Both the position numbers and the translations under genes were made by a program. DNA of 63,475 bases, the filler included, from Porpidia crustulata (lineage: Eukaryota), in the NCBI GenBank assembly GCA_964255105.1. It is 5 parts of 5 records of this genome, joined end to end, with 100 filler letters (N's around TTAATTAATTAA, not from the genome) between each part and the next. Parts side by side here need not be neighbours in the genome. Positions count along the whole stretch, not along the records: positions 1 to 12,636 come from CAXUWE010000503.1; positions 12,737 to 25,363 come from CAXUWE010000504.1; 3 more parts are not named here. The stretch is one strand, 5' to 3'. Of the stretch, positions 10,601-24,024 are shown in pieces. Every line of letters begins with the position of its first letter. The first letter of the stretch is position 1. The notes beneath the pieces are model-generated. The model ran no database searches, was not told the DNA's origin, and saw only the letters and a list, made by a program, of their open reading frames with translations.

Positions 10601-12480
10601 ATCGACTTGCAGAAAATATACTTCTGAAATATCCGCAGAAAGCTGCGTCTTATGCCGACCGGGCTTTGCGAGCTGTGCTCAAGGGATGCCAGAAAAGAGT
10701 CAGCTGGGATATTTCACAACGAGAAGCCGTTGCGTTTGCCCTATTGCATCGTGGAGAATCTAGCCTACATTACAGGGGCCGTTCCACCCTTGCTAGGCAA
10801 GCGTTCGAGATGGCTTTGCGCTGTTTTCGCCGGGAAGATGATAGCAGGGCGTCACGAGAAGACAGTGTGATGATACGCAAGCGAGGATATACCGGTTTAG
10901 CGAATTCTGAGCGTGCTATTAGGGAGTTCCATCATTACACAGATGGCTCCTTCAACGAAGCTGCTTACACAGCAGCCTCTTTGAAGGCCGAAAAGGATTA
11001 TTTTTCGGCCGACACCCAGAACAGTCCCATTTCAAAAACGGATGCTGGTTTTGCAACCGCCAAAGACACCCTCACGTCTATTTATGTGGAGGATGACATG
11101 CAAGGCTGGCAATCCTCGCTCTTAGCTTCCTTCACGCGAGCTGAAGAGCTGCGAAAAGCTGGCTCAATTCCAGCGGCCAAGGATATCCTGCTGTCCATTG
11201 TCACTCAAGCTCAACGGGATAATGACATCTACGCCGAGCATGCTTGTCGCTATGCTCTCATTGACCTCGCTATACAGGAACACGACTGGGCTGCAGCAGC
11301 AATGCATATTATTCGTGATGCGAGCCTTGAGAAGCAATCCTCTTCCATTGGACCTGACTGGTTTGCCATGACGGCTCCTGATCGTATGATTCGGGAAGCC
11401 CGCCACGGTGCCGTTTTTCTTCGCTTGCATATGCTGGAACATGCACTGCGCTTTTTCGACCGAGGCTTGAGCGCACTAAAAGGCACTTTGCACACCGATG
11501 TCCTTTACCCGTCGTCTCCTGAGGCGTTCGTTGACGTAGTGTTGGATGTTGGACGCTTTGGGCTAATCTTGCTCACTGGTGAGCCAAGAAATGTCATTAC
11601 CATACCTGAGTTCTTCGCATTAGACGACATATTACAGATGCTGACAATCAGACATGTTCTCGATAAATGGCCTGACTTTGATAACGTGGAAGAGAAGCGG
11701 GTCCTGAAGATGATGAAGAGACCTGAGTGGATGGCCTTCCTCAGCCAAGTTGATGCCAAAAGTCTAGAGTCGCAACTTGCTTCAGGGGAGTCCAAGCTCA
11801 CATTTATTCATTCAGCGGACATGGTCAGGGCAGGCCCAATTAGAGTGGAGGCTAATGAAGAGAATGAGATGCAGGTAGAGGCCGCAATCGCCATTGAACG
11901 TGCACGCGGCAAAATCCGTCACAATCGATCTGATGTCGCCAAAGAGGTGCAACTTGTGAAAGGACTAGGAAACACAACGCTGAATGAAGAAGAAGATAGA
12001 GCTGTCGATGAGGAATCCGTTGATAAGAACATCGATCAGGGTTCGACGCCTGACGCTGGAATGAGCCTACGTGATGACGGGCAGACTCTAGAGCAGAAAA
12101 GTCCGAAAGTCAAAGCTGCAGCAGCCAGCTCTAGTATCGCAAGAGAAGATCAGAAGACCACTGATGACATTGTCAATTCTAACAAAGAACCTCGACTTGA
12201 AACAAGCGACCAAATCACCGCCACAGACACGGACAAAGGCAAGGCCGAAGCGCAGTACGAGAACAAAAATGAGGACGAGGACGAGCCTCCCTTCCCATCT
12301 TTCCCCGCACCCAGAAACGACAGACGTGCCTACCGCGTGCTTCCCCTCGACCCAGCCCCAGCTGAGCTGTGCGATCTCAGCCCGTTGGAGGAGGGAATGC
12401 CGCTCTACGACGCTGATCCGGAAGGCGATTTCAAGGGGCTATTGAAGCATGACTTATTGGATTTGCCTCATATCTATTAA
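7690..12480 (+). CDS. CHAT (caspase-like, clan CD) protease - P-loop NTPase (NB-ARC/NACHT-like) - helical/TPR-like repeat protein, NLR-like architecture
   Basis: Open 4.6-kb frame 7846-12480. Catalytic motifs LVHFDCHG (H near 8584) and VVLHSCET (C at 8719-8721), Walker A GDVGSGKS (9187-9210), Walker B MLILVDSLD (9364-9390), winged-helix-like YRIHPLL, then Ala/Leu-rich helical repeats. A probable first exon 7690-7783 with intron 7784-7834 joins in frame. Confidence 0.85.
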
Positions 12481-12636
12481 CGACTCTTAGGATGCTGGAG
12501 CAATCTAACGGCCTTGAAAATGAAAAAAACGTACATCTCTCCGTTAATTATGAATATAAATCTGCCTGAACAAGCGCCGACCAATAAGGTTTTGGTTCAT
12601 ATATACGTTACGAATCGCTTCCATTTTCAATCATAC

Positions 12637-12736
12637 NNNNNNNNNNNNNNNNNNNNNNNNNNNNNNNNNNNNNNNNNNNNTTAATTAATTAANNNNNNNN
12701 NNNNNNNNNNNNNNNNNNNNNNNNNNNNNNNNNNNN
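12637..12736. other. Artificial contig spacer (N44-TTAATTAATTAA-N44)
   Basis: Six-frame stop linker inside an N run. Confidence 0.98.
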
Positions 12737-13265
12737 GGGAGGCAGTGCATGAGAGCTTGAAGGGGGTGTCACTGGTGAGTGATGTCTCTTGTTTTTGCTT
12801 TGTTGATTGAGCGCGTGAGCTGATGTGCACCATGCAGCCGGACGTGTCAAAGGGGGTTGGGCCGAATAAATCCGCGAGTGCGAATGGGTATCTGCAGCAT
12901 AACGAGTATATCGCTTATAGCGTGGCGCAATTGCGGTTGAGATATCTGTTCCGGGTCGGGATGTAGGGTGTTTTTTGGGCACATGGCAATTAAATCGATT
13001 GTTTTCTGGATATGTGCTTGGGGCTTGTTCGATCGATGCTGTAACGGAGTTTTCGTTTGAGCGCCGCGGAATGCCCGAAATATAAAGTACTTCAATTAAA
13101 AAACGAGCAGTCCGCCGTCAACCCGTCAGCTCCTTCTCCAGACCCGCCTGGAGAATAGCAGGGAGAGAAAGCTGCCCCCTCCGACACGACACACACTCCT
13201 GCGAAAGGCGAACATCCTCCCTAGTTCCTTGTGAAAGCTAACATCACGGACTAATCTCTCCTGCA

Positions 13266-13930
13266 GGTTAAAGGTTCGAGCTCAGTGGAGTTGGGTTCAC
13301 TCCCGCTGTGGAGGAAGTCCGCCTTGGGAATCCTACAAGAAGGCATATCATCGAGACTTGGGTGGTTCGGTCGTGATTGTTTGCAAGAGACCAACTACGT
13401 TGCAGCGTTTCGCCGTAACAACCATCTCTGGACCCGATGTGGGCTCAAAATTCTAAACGCTTTGTCAATATTCGCAACATATTTGAATTTCAAGAGACAA
13501 TCCAAGTCATCTCCGAATGCATGGCGATTTCCCTTGTCGAGATCAAAGGTTTGGCTGAACATCCCGACGAAGGTCAGATAGCGACGATCGTAATCCAGGT
13601 GAGTCAATCATGGCGATGACAAATTCGCTGAAAGTGATGACAGGTCCTTGAAGAAATCATATACCTTGCCTCACAGGACATCATGCACTGAGCCATCACT
13701 TGTTCAAACGTATTGCTATCATCACGTGGGGATGCTGAAGTTGGTACGCGCAAGCCTCATGGAACGGCTCCATGGAATCGGCGGTATGGATCGATACGTC
13801 GAATAGCCTCTTATTTGACTTGCAAATTGGCGAGGATTCTAGCCGTCTTTGTCGGTCAACGCAGACTATTGACTGCCTTAATCACAGGCTGCCCTCGCTC
13901 GCTCACACATCAAAAGGTGAAATACTAAGT
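13266..13930 (+). pseudogene. Degenerate short protein-kinase-like gene
   Basis: Fragments SPPWESYKKAYHRDLGGSVVI, FVNIRNIFEFQETIQVISECMAISL, and after an intron VLEEIIYLASQDIMH*AITCSNVLLSSRGD. Frameshifts and stops are present. Confidence 0.6.
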
Positions 13931-14476
13931 CGTTAGATCTAGCCCATGTGCAACTAGATATATCAGGAGTTTGGTCATAACAGATATAACATTAATTCCG
14001 TGAATTTGCGACATTATTAATATTTTAACAATACGAAGTTAAAATTTCATGTAAATGCGTCTACAGATGAAACAATATGTAATCTGTAATTCGTATAGTT
14101 TTAAACAGTATTTGACAAAGCGTTGTTTACATTAACAACAAGAAGCTAAAATCTCATATAATTATGTATACAGATCTATGTGATTTTAAACGATATTTAA
14201 TAAAGCGTTGTTCACTGTATCGTATAAAGCTGATTTTGATCCTACAGAAAAGAAAACCGCTACATCATTGTACCAGCGTCATTAGGAATCGAACCTACTA
14301 TGATTATTACTTCAACGGCTCACGCCTATGATTCAAAGAAAAACTAAAAAATCAAGACAAGGCGGCCACCTAGATATTAGGGAAATGTAATCACCTCGCA
14401 ACTTCACAAGCCCGCATCAATACCAGTTCAAGCTTATAACCCCCCAGGAAGACAGTCCTAGTGGTGACCAGGCATT

Positions 14477-16179
14477 ATGGCCATTGTACGATCGTTTCGG
14501 TCTTCTCGTCAGTCTTTCTTTAACCCGGCCATGTGCTTATCCCTCGCACACCGTTCGTACGCCCCGTTTCGACTTCAGAAGACTCCTCTACCCGCTACAT
14601 TCAATCTCTCCTTCCACGAACCGACCGAAGAAGAAACAACACAAGACTATGTTCCCGACCATTTCTTTCCGGTCAATCCTGGTGATCTGCTCCATGACCG
14701 GTACGAGATCACTGCAAAGTTGGGGTGGGGCAGGTCCTCGACGGTCTGGCTCGCCAGGGATATGCTCCGGTGAGTTTCACGTGCCGGCCTACTTCTACTA
14801 TCCTATAACTACGATAATGAATACATGCTAAATGCCCCAACAGACAGTTGGAGGTGGCAATCGGAGCGCTATGTTGTTCTTAAGATCAATAACTCCAACT
14901 TCATCGATCAGGCCGGTGCGGAATACGAACTCAAAATGTCGCAGCGTCTTACCAAGGGGGATCCGCAGCATCAGGGAGCCCGATTTGTGAGAACGGTACT
15001 TGATAATTTCCAGATCATTGGACCCCATGGCATGCACGTTTGCTTGGTGTACGAACCGATGAGAGAGACGCTTAGCTTTGTCCAAAGACGGTTCGAGCAC
15101 ATGCGGCTTTCGTTGCCGTTGGTGAAGGCTTTCGTAAGACTCCTGCTCAAGGGGCTTGACTATCTCCATTCGGATGTCAGATGGTTCACACTGGTAAACA
15201 TGACACCTTCGTATGCTGTATAGCTAAGGAGAGTCATAGATCTTAAAGTAGACAACGTCCTCCTTTCCTTCGAAGAGTCCAGCGTTCTACAAGATTTCGT
15301 CAGCACCCAGCACACCCGTCCCATGCCTCGAAAACCTTCCCAAGCTTCATCTTCTATATCTTCATTAGTCGGCTCCCCTATCAGATACACTTACCTGTCT
15401 CGCGCGAACTTTGGCCGTCTCCGCTCCTCTAAGGTTTTGCCGAAAATTGCAGACTTTGGGGCTGCGCAACCAGGCGATCGGTTGCAGATACACCCCATTC
15501 AGCCCAACTCTTACCGTGATCCCGAAGTTCTATTAGGCATAGGATGGTCATACAGCGCGGATATATGGAATCTAGGCGTTATGGTATGACATGAATAACA
15601 TCACGCTCGCATTTCCCCAGTCTCCACTGTCTTCGCATGAATGAGGCTGACCACAAATCAAACGAAACAGATGTGGAACCTTCTGGAAGATCGAGACCTC
15701 TTCACGCCGCGAATACAATCTGGGGGGGCTTATGAACCCAGCGTACATCTCGCAGAGATGATTGCCCTCCTCGGCCCCCCTCCTCAGACCTTGATCATGA
15801 ATCGAGCTAGAAGCGCTTGCCATTGGAAATGGAGCCCAGCTTTCGAAAACCCGAAAGGGAAGCTCTGTGAGCGAGTCGGGGAGTATTTTGGGGGCCCATT
15901 TTGGAACTATCGCACCGGTATGCCTTTGCTGCAAACTGCTTAGGCGTAAGGAATTTGCAGTTACTGATGCAATCGCCCGTTGTTTCCCTCAGGCGAATTT
16001 CTACACAAGGAATTGATCCCCTCAGGTTCACGTCTCAAAGACTCGGTGCCTTCGCTCCAGGATGTGGAGGAGAAGAGGCAGCTCCTGGAGTTTGTTGGGG
16101 GAATACTCCGTTGGGACCGGAGGAACGGAAGACGGCGAAGGAGTTGCTAGAGGATCCGTGGCTCGCGCGGAAGGATTGA
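14477..16179 (+). pseudogene. SRPK/Sky1-like CMGC protein kinase, five exons, frameshifted
   Basis: RYEITAKLGWGRSSTVWLARD, YVVLKI, HVCLVYEPM, DLKVDNVL, KIADFG, YRDPEV, SADIWNLG, PEERKTAKELLEDPWL. One-base frameshifts near 15174 (HS[E]CQMVHT) and near 16116. Confidence 0.85.
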
Positions 16180-16651
16180 AGTATCCACTTTGTCTCATAA
16201 TAAAAGAATTGGAAAAGAACAGATGAGGACATCTCTCCTTCATAATCGTTTCCATCTCCGATTGTTAGGAATTGTGTGGATCAAATCCAGCTTGCAATAA
16301 ACACCCTTTGACAAACTCAATCAGAGTCAAATACACTGAGCGAGTCCACTCCGATCCAGTCAGGTTACAAGTATATCATTGCAACTCCAGAACCGTCCCT
16401 CCAATCAACACGGTGTGCTTTTGATATAACAATCGAGCAAACCAAAAACGAGTAGGATGACGAGAAGCAAGCGTCTTCAAACATATCTACAAGAAAGTGA
16501 GCCACGCACTGGTGAAAGCAATATTCGAGTTCAACGCCGCGCAGTCACACTGGCGGTGGATGCGAATCGGTAGAGTTCTTGGGAAGAGTATGGAAGTCAA
16601 GCGGCTTATCTCACGTATCTTTATATCTGATAATGTAATAGGGTGTGAGTC

Positions 16652-16752
16652 CAGCTCAGCTTTTATTCAGCTCAGCTTTTATTCAGCTCAGCTTTTATTC
16701 AGCTACCAAAACACCTGCCTGCTTGCACGCCTGCTTGTCCGCCTGCTCACCT
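16652..16752 (+). repeat. 16-bp tandem repeat (CAGCTCAGCTTTTATT)3 followed by GCCTGCTTG-like repeats
   Basis: Directly visible, starting just after TAGGGTGTGAGT. Confidence 0.85.
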
Positions 16753-18455
16753 AGTTATACTGCCATTATTTAGCCATGAAAACGGATCATTTATCCAAAA
16801 ATCATCAATCGTTCAGCTTACAGATGAGCATTTCAGCCAACAGATTATCGATGTTAAAACACGTTTGCAATTCGAGAAATTCTGAAAATATGCTTGAACT
16901 AAGATTAAAAACCTTCCAATGTTTGATCAGTCGATGAAGTGAATTAAGAACACGGAAGTAGTAAGAGAAGTCGTGGTCTTGGCGATGAACGAGTCTATTC
17001 AATTGAAGATTGTTGAGATTCAACGGAGGCGACGGTCGATGATTCTTTGCCCGGCGAACAATAGCGTGCAAGAGAGCCTTACGCAAACCAACACGAACAG
17101 TTTACGGGCATATCAGCGAATTGGACGCACATTGAAATGCTCGGGGAGCGCATTCGCGTCCTGAGCGTTGTTTTTGACTATCATAGACAGGCGCTATTTG
17201 TTCTCTCGATGTCTTTGTCTAAAGTTATTTATATCTCATTAGAATATGGGCTGTAATGTTGAGAACGACGATCGAAACAGCGAGGTTCGTGCTTTTAGGA
17301 GAAGAGGAAAACCCTTCTGCTCGCAGACGACGACGAGGAATAGTCGCACATCTCGTCGTTGTTGGCTAGAAGAGATCAGCAGCAGAGCGTTTGCTGTGGA
17401 AGACCATGACAACTTCACAGGGAGGAGATGTGTCGAGCAGAACGCTTGGATAAGGGCCTGAGAGGAATACGCGACGAACCGAGGAAAACCGGAGAAGAGA
17501 ACTCAGAAATAGTTAAATAATACATGAAGCTGCCTAGGGCAGGTGTTGAAAAGGCTCAGAAAGAAGCTGAAACCTAGGCCTGGATAAGCTAGGAACAAGG
17601 TAGGAGCGAGACTGTCCCCTGAAGCCAAGAAGGCCTAGGACCCAGGAAGGTCGGGTGTTTGTTGGGACTAGGAAGGCTGTTCAAATTATGGCTAGGGAGG
17701 CCATTTATCGGGTGCCGAGAGGGTTCCTGTAAATATGATTCTGGATTCGGTTTTGGTAAAAACTTTGAGCGCCAGGAGGGTACCCTTATGCTTAAGTTTG
17801 CGTTTCAATTCTGCTGAACGTGGTGAGCGTACGGGATCATCCAAATTACGCGTTGCAATTATCGAGGTTTCAAATTGAAAGACTCAGCCAATGAATGGTT
17901 TTCATTAATAATGTTTTACCCAAAATCCAAATTCAGAATGTATCAATTGCGGGTTATATGAAGTGTTTGAAACTCGAACACGCGTGGAGGTAATAAGTGA
18001 TTGCATAGACATTGGCATGTAGCATTGGGCGCTTGTGAGGAACACTCGCCACGGGGGAAATCAAGGACGGAGCTTTTGGTTCAGGATGCGGAAAGATGGT
18101 GTACTGTGCACAGAAGGTCATGCAAGACGTTCAACCCAAGCCTTTAAGCTAGGCCGGACCACAGGAAAAGCAGGGGTCGAAGAGAATCTGTCTGAAGAAC
18201 TGCGCATTTGACGGCTTGATAGGCTTCTCAAATTGATGGACATAAGGACAACCCCCCTAGATTATGCAATACAATCAGCCTTAGAGCTAGAGGTATTTAG
18301 CCAATCTTTCGGAAGAGGTGGTATTTGTGCTTACTACGTACAGTCTCAATGTGCCACGTCCATGACCAAAATTGGTGATCCATGTATTTGAGCGGGCCTG
18401 GAAGCATATTACCAGACGCCTGGCACGGAGAAGCGAGACCGAGGCTTAGGAGAAA

Positions 18456-19612
18456 CTACCCGTGTGGTAGAAAGGCTTTCCAAGCGACATCTTGATAAAC
18501 ACCAGCGGGTAGCGCACGGAGGCTAAGGAGGACTTCTAAGATGAGATATACTCGAGCGACGACCAACAGAGGAGCGCCGGTCCCAAATCCTACTGCCAGG
18601 ATGAGGCTTTGTTCTTAACAAACAGAAAGGCATACTGTCCGATGATTGATAGACATGCGGTAAGGCTACATATCCTCCACAGCATCTGTTCGGCCGCACT
18701 CGGGAACGAGAAGTTCCATGCCGCTACGTGGATACCGTTGAATATACAGCCGATCCATACCAGGTGTACCGCCTTTTGCCGGAGGTTCTTCATAGCAAGA
18801 AAGCTGGCGTAAAACTCTTTCGGTGACACTTTCTCGACGATTTCTTGTTCCGAAGGCGAGAAATCGAGCGAGTCAAACACATCAAGGAACTCGCCTTCCT
18901 TTTCAGGCGCAATGCGGATCACCGTATAGCTACGTAAGTCCAGAGGTTTGGACCACCAGAAGTATGTAGTAGCAGCCGAGCACCAAGTGAACGCAAGCGT
19001 GGACAACTTCAGCGTCGAGATTGGTAATCTCTGTGCAGCTCGGGCGATGGTTTGTATGCAGAACCAAATTACTTGCACCGTAGTGATTGCTTTAGCGAAA
19101 CCATCTATTTTGCTTCTTTCCTCGAGGCTTTTAGGCTCGATGACGGGTACCTCAATGATCCGTTTCCCCACCAGCATTTGAATATCTTCGGATCTGATGA
19201 TATAATGTACCCCGTTGTGAAGTACAGTCGCCACGCCATCTGCCGACACTTGGAAGCGAGGTTCGGCATTTAATCTGACTACGAAGCCGCCCATGATAGC
19301 ATAGAAACCATGCAGAAGATTCCACCACTCGTACCCAAATTCTTTCATGATCCGGGTTGTTCTCTTTGCAGTCCGCCATTCGTTGAAAGCTATCCAGGTA
19401 ACATACTCCGGACAGAAGAGTGTCATCAATAGCCATGACACCTTTCGCTTGAACAAGAGCACGTCGGAGTCAAGGGTAATGATGTCAAGTCTTTGAATAG
19501 ACCAGGTGCAAAGGAAAATCGTTACCAAGCAGCTCCAAACAAGGCCCGTGGTTCCTCGGGTGTTGGGTTCTTGGACAAATCCAAGGGTTACGTTTGCAGT
19601 CGAGGTAGTCAT
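18456..19612 (-). pseudogene. Uncharacterised fungal multi-pass membrane protein (EPNxRGT...WSCLxTIFLCTW family) with one frameshift
   Basis: ORF 18590-19612. The conserved C-terminus ARVYLILEVLLSLRALPAGVYQDVAWKAFLPHG* lies in a shifted frame ending at 18456, with the shift near 18605. Confidence 0.75.
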
Positions 19613-20271
19613 GGTGCCCTTGATTTGGCGCTCCTTTTACGTGTTGTAATGATGTGTTGGTATTAAGACTGAAGTTCGTGAGTATAGGTGTAGTTCAAAG
19701 AAATAGCTCAGCTTGGTCAACTTTGGACGAAGCATCTGCTCTTCTGTAAGAGTCCGGCCAGTCTGACGGCATTGGTCGTTGCAACATTTGCATGTAACAC
19801 CTCTGCTGGCTCGATTGCATGCTATTCTTGGGCTGTGGTCTGGTTGTGCCATGATTGTACAGTACACCAAGAATGGAGAGAAGGCAGTCGTGTTTCGAAA
19901 TGCGAACAATTTCAGCATGGCTCGAGTGCGTTCAAGGCAACTTGGCAGAAAAAGGCAGCCTGACAGAAAGGGGCTGCATATATGTGAAATAATTTGCGAG
20001 ATGCATGGAACAATGTCGGCGTAGGTGCATGAAAGTTTCTTTCTTTCGCGCCCTAATCAGCTTCAAGTCTGTAATGTTGTGTAACACGAACAAGAAAAGA
20101 AGATGTCTTTATTTAGGACACAAGGAGCGAATCAACCTGCACTTCACCTAAGCGATCGGACTGATACATCCATGCAGGGACATTTTCCCTAAGGATGTGC
20201 ACAACAAATTGAGGTCTATAAAGTTGTCCTCCACCTGCTATTAGCACTTGAATGTCAATACCTTAGTTACC

Positions 20272-21800
20272 ATGGAAGGGTTTTGTCCATCATACGAAGA
20301 GATCCTTCATCAGTACGCTTTGCGGTACGACACCGACATTCGTCCCCCGCGCTTTCGACCTTATGCTTTCTGTCTCGATTTTCTCAATTGGATCCTCTTA
20401 GTTGGATATCTCCTCACTTCTCGCAAACAATGGAATGTGGTCGAACGAGTTCGACACGCAATCTTTCTATTTATCACCTGGCTTTCGATGTTGAGTGTGA
20501 TGCACAGTCGGACTGTGGCTTTGGCTTACGGCATGAGAGAGTTGGCGTTTGCTCTGCTTGGTGTGTCCTCTGCTCAGCTGCATTAATCATTTTCCACCGT
20601 CCCAGCAAAGAATTTCGAAGGATCGCGAGAGTACGGAAAACGACTTCAAACCCACGACTAATGATAAAATCACTGAGTCGTCAAAACTCCTCGATGCCTC
20701 AGACCCAGAGCCTCGTCCATTGATAGATACGGCGGCATTCGCACCGAGTTGCGTTGATAATCAAGGAAATCCAATGATCAAAATAACAGTGTTCTAGTAT
20801 CGCAATCGATGCCCTCCGCATTTCTTGGGTGTCTTGACTGGGTAGTCGACCTCACAACAGTCTTCGTAGTTTGCGTTGGCCATGGCAATATTCCAAGAGT
20901 GCCCCACCCTCAAGACGTCGTTGCCCAACTTCAGCCCCAATCTACCGCACCTCTCGCCTTTCGTCTCCTCAGATTGTTTATTATTTACCTACTTCTAGAT
21001 GCACTAAAGAATAGCATGATGAAAGATCCATACTTCCTGGGCTTCGTCAACTGTCCGCCCCCTGGGTATCTAGTGAAATACAAAGATTTCCCTTCTTTGA
21101 TTGATCTATATCGCAAGCTTTTCTCCTTCGCTGGGTTTCATGCCTCAATGATCCTGAACTTCGGTGTTGGTCCCCTGCTCTTCGTTGACCTCTTAGGTCC
21201 TAAAATTGTTGGAGTAAGGGGCGAGGGATGGATGTACCCATTGGGCTATGGAGACTTCAGCGCTGTATTGAATCGAGGGTTGCAAGGTTGGTGGGGAGAG
21301 TGGTGGCACCAGCTCTTCCGGTTTACAACTTTATCAACTGGTCATTGGGTCACAAAGCAATTGCGACTTGTCCAGGGTAACTTTGCAAGACACTTACGGC
21401 TATTCATAGCATTCTCACTGAGCGGGGCTTTGCACGCAGCTGTAAGCTACATATTATGGGGTTTGACCTGGCAGCTTGGGCCGCTTCTCTTCTTCCTGCT
21501 GCAGGCCGTTGGTGTTTCCTTACAATTGTTCTTTGCGAAGATACTCCGACTTGGAAGTTTGGTTGATGCGCTCCGAAGAATTGTAAGGAGGGTCAGCATC
21601 CTTAGCATCGCTTTGGTGGATATTCCCGCTGTTGGTGGACGACTTCGCTCGCGGAGGCCTTTAGTTACTAGAGCCTCTTCCAGTGAGCCCTCTTCGTGGA
21701 CTCTTCTCTGGTCCTGGCGAGTTATGGCGATGGCATGGGCCTTGTTTTGGGTGGTTCACAGGGCAGGAGTGGTGACAATTAGGCCTAATATTTTGGGGCT
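20272..21800 (+). pseudogene. Membrane-bound O-acyltransferase (wax synthase/TRI7-like, MBOAT_2), disrupted
   Basis: GLQGWWGEWWHQLFR and AFSLSGALHAA motifs. The N-terminal part is split over several frames with stops. Confidence 0.75.
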
Positions 21801-24024
21801 GATTGATACAGAAGACCCTAAGAGGCTCTTCACTGCATTATTGACTTTACTGCACCCAAGATGTTCGCTCCCGTATACTTATTGTTCTTGCTCTTCTTTA
21901 GCATAGACATGATTACTCTCAGCTCCTCTGTCGTGTCTCTAGATTGCCTGATCTACATTGTGTCAACTTCAATGATAGCATCTACTATCGTCATAGCTGA
22001 GATCTCTCGCATGATTTTAGGAACTTCAATCCCGAATTCGAGAAGTTGTACACTATCAGGCTGTCAGGTTAGCTGCAGCATTGCACATCACAGAATTATC
22101 TCATACCGCTTCAGTGATCTGAACTCCATCATTCGTCGTGAAACGGACGGAAACGTAGACGCTGAGACAAGGATATTTCCTCTCCACAGCAAAGAGCCGG
22201 AAAATGACAGTCTCTTCAGCATGCTGATTCCTTGTCTCTATCCCGGATCAAAAGACCTTCAAATATCATTTCTGCTGAGTCCAACTCAACGATTGAAGAA
22301 GGTCAGATGATACCGCTTGAACCAATCCTTGTAATTAAAACTCGAGTCTTTCATAAGTCTCTTGTGATCTAAGAGGTCGCACCGCAGCTCTAGATATCTC
22401 AAACTCATGTAAGCTTATCATCAAAACAGTACGTTTCAGGAATCAGATGTTCAAAATATAACAACTCTGATCAAGAGATCGGAAGAAAGCAATCAGACGG
22501 ATCTGACGAGATTAGCTGCATTGAATAACAGAATTCTCCATGAGACTGCGATGATACATTGGGCAGACACGAGGCCGCGGAGACGGGTTGTCAATAGATG
22601 TTGTTGGAGTGGAGATGTCACTATTACATCTGGCATTTAGTGTGCTGTATATTATTACATGAAACCGGTAACGACACTCGATATCTTACCGTCCTGTATG
22701 TCGATTCTCAACTCCCCCGAACCTCGCCTCTCAAAGAGCCCTTCAACAAATTCAGTCCCAGGAAAGACTATTGCAAATCAACGCATGTCGATATGATTCA
22801 GCGGACTGACGACGTTCCTCTGATCAATGAGAGCCAAGACTTGTTGATAGATACGAGTGCGTTAGGATAACAATCATCTGTGGCTGATGTACTGCAGAGT
22901 CAAAATTACAACCCTCAACTCCACCAAACTGCAATATCTATCGATCACCCGATGGTGAACCATGGCTTAGATAAGACGCGATGCTCTAGTACTATTTGCA
23001 GCGTTCGATGAGTAAAGCCGGCGGCTATCACGGACTTACTCGGGCTTGACAGTCGTTGGCCACAGAGAATTGCAGCTGCAGATTTGGGACGTCACGACGG
23101 TACGTTGAGGAAATTCAATCTGCCCATGGGCCACAGCCAGCATATAATGCAGCTGGATACATCACTTTCTCCGGATCTAAGTGCACACTAAAGCAACCCA
23201 TATGCAGACAGCTATGATTACTCGTGCATCTTTAATCATTCAACTACTACAGCACCTCTGAGCATCCACAGCTGGCATGATCACCAAACTCTCAAACCTT
23301 CTTGACGCTTCAATGTGAACGATCTAGGCACGTCTAAAATCTCAGTTGTCTGTCATATAAGAACCGGCCTGAGGGAAGTATGCAGGCGGCTACCGCTGCT
23401 ACTTCGGACTGGAAGCGAAGAAATCTCTGTCGAGCAGTGTGCATCGTTGAGCGTAACGGATATGACTTGGGATTGAGGTGCGAGACTGAACCACTATCCG
23501 ACACAGACTTAGGCCGCATCCAAGTCATAGCCCGAGCAGCACAGGTCAAGTCAATCTATATCATTCGAGCTAAAGGTCCAGGAAAAAGAAACCTCGTAAC
23601 ATTTAGACGGTTGATGATCAAATCGGCGGGCAGCAACCGATATGGTTCTGAAATGGTTACTCCGTCTGGGTTTGTAAACTTGAGGGTTTAGAGTTGCTTC
23701 TCATTCCTCCGAGCACCTCCGTGAGTGGGTCTTATAGCGTCTCTCAAAAACAAGCCTTTTGATTAACCAATTGCAACTTGGAGCGCCATCTGTGTTGCCG
23801 TGTTAGCTATGGAATTGGCTGAATGATGAATTGCTAGTCATGAAAGGCAAAAGGCAGTGCTGTCGAGGCTTGGACCAGCGAACATAAGAAGGTGACCAAA
23901 TCCCTCGAAATATCGAATCTCAACATCAAGAATCAGTCATCTGCGCTCCTTCCAAAAAACCTCAGCTATCCAAAGCGTACCCAAATTCCCCAAACCCACC
24001 TCTAAACTATCATACCGAGACATC

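Noticed and set aside
12681..12692. TTAATTAATTAA recurring every 12.7 kb as a biological repeat
   Set aside because: Always centred in N runs, so it is an assembly linker.
14275..14375. T-arm-like GTAGGTTCGATTCCTAA on the minus strand
   Set aside because: No convincing cloverleaf; at most a decayed tRNA or SINE remnant.
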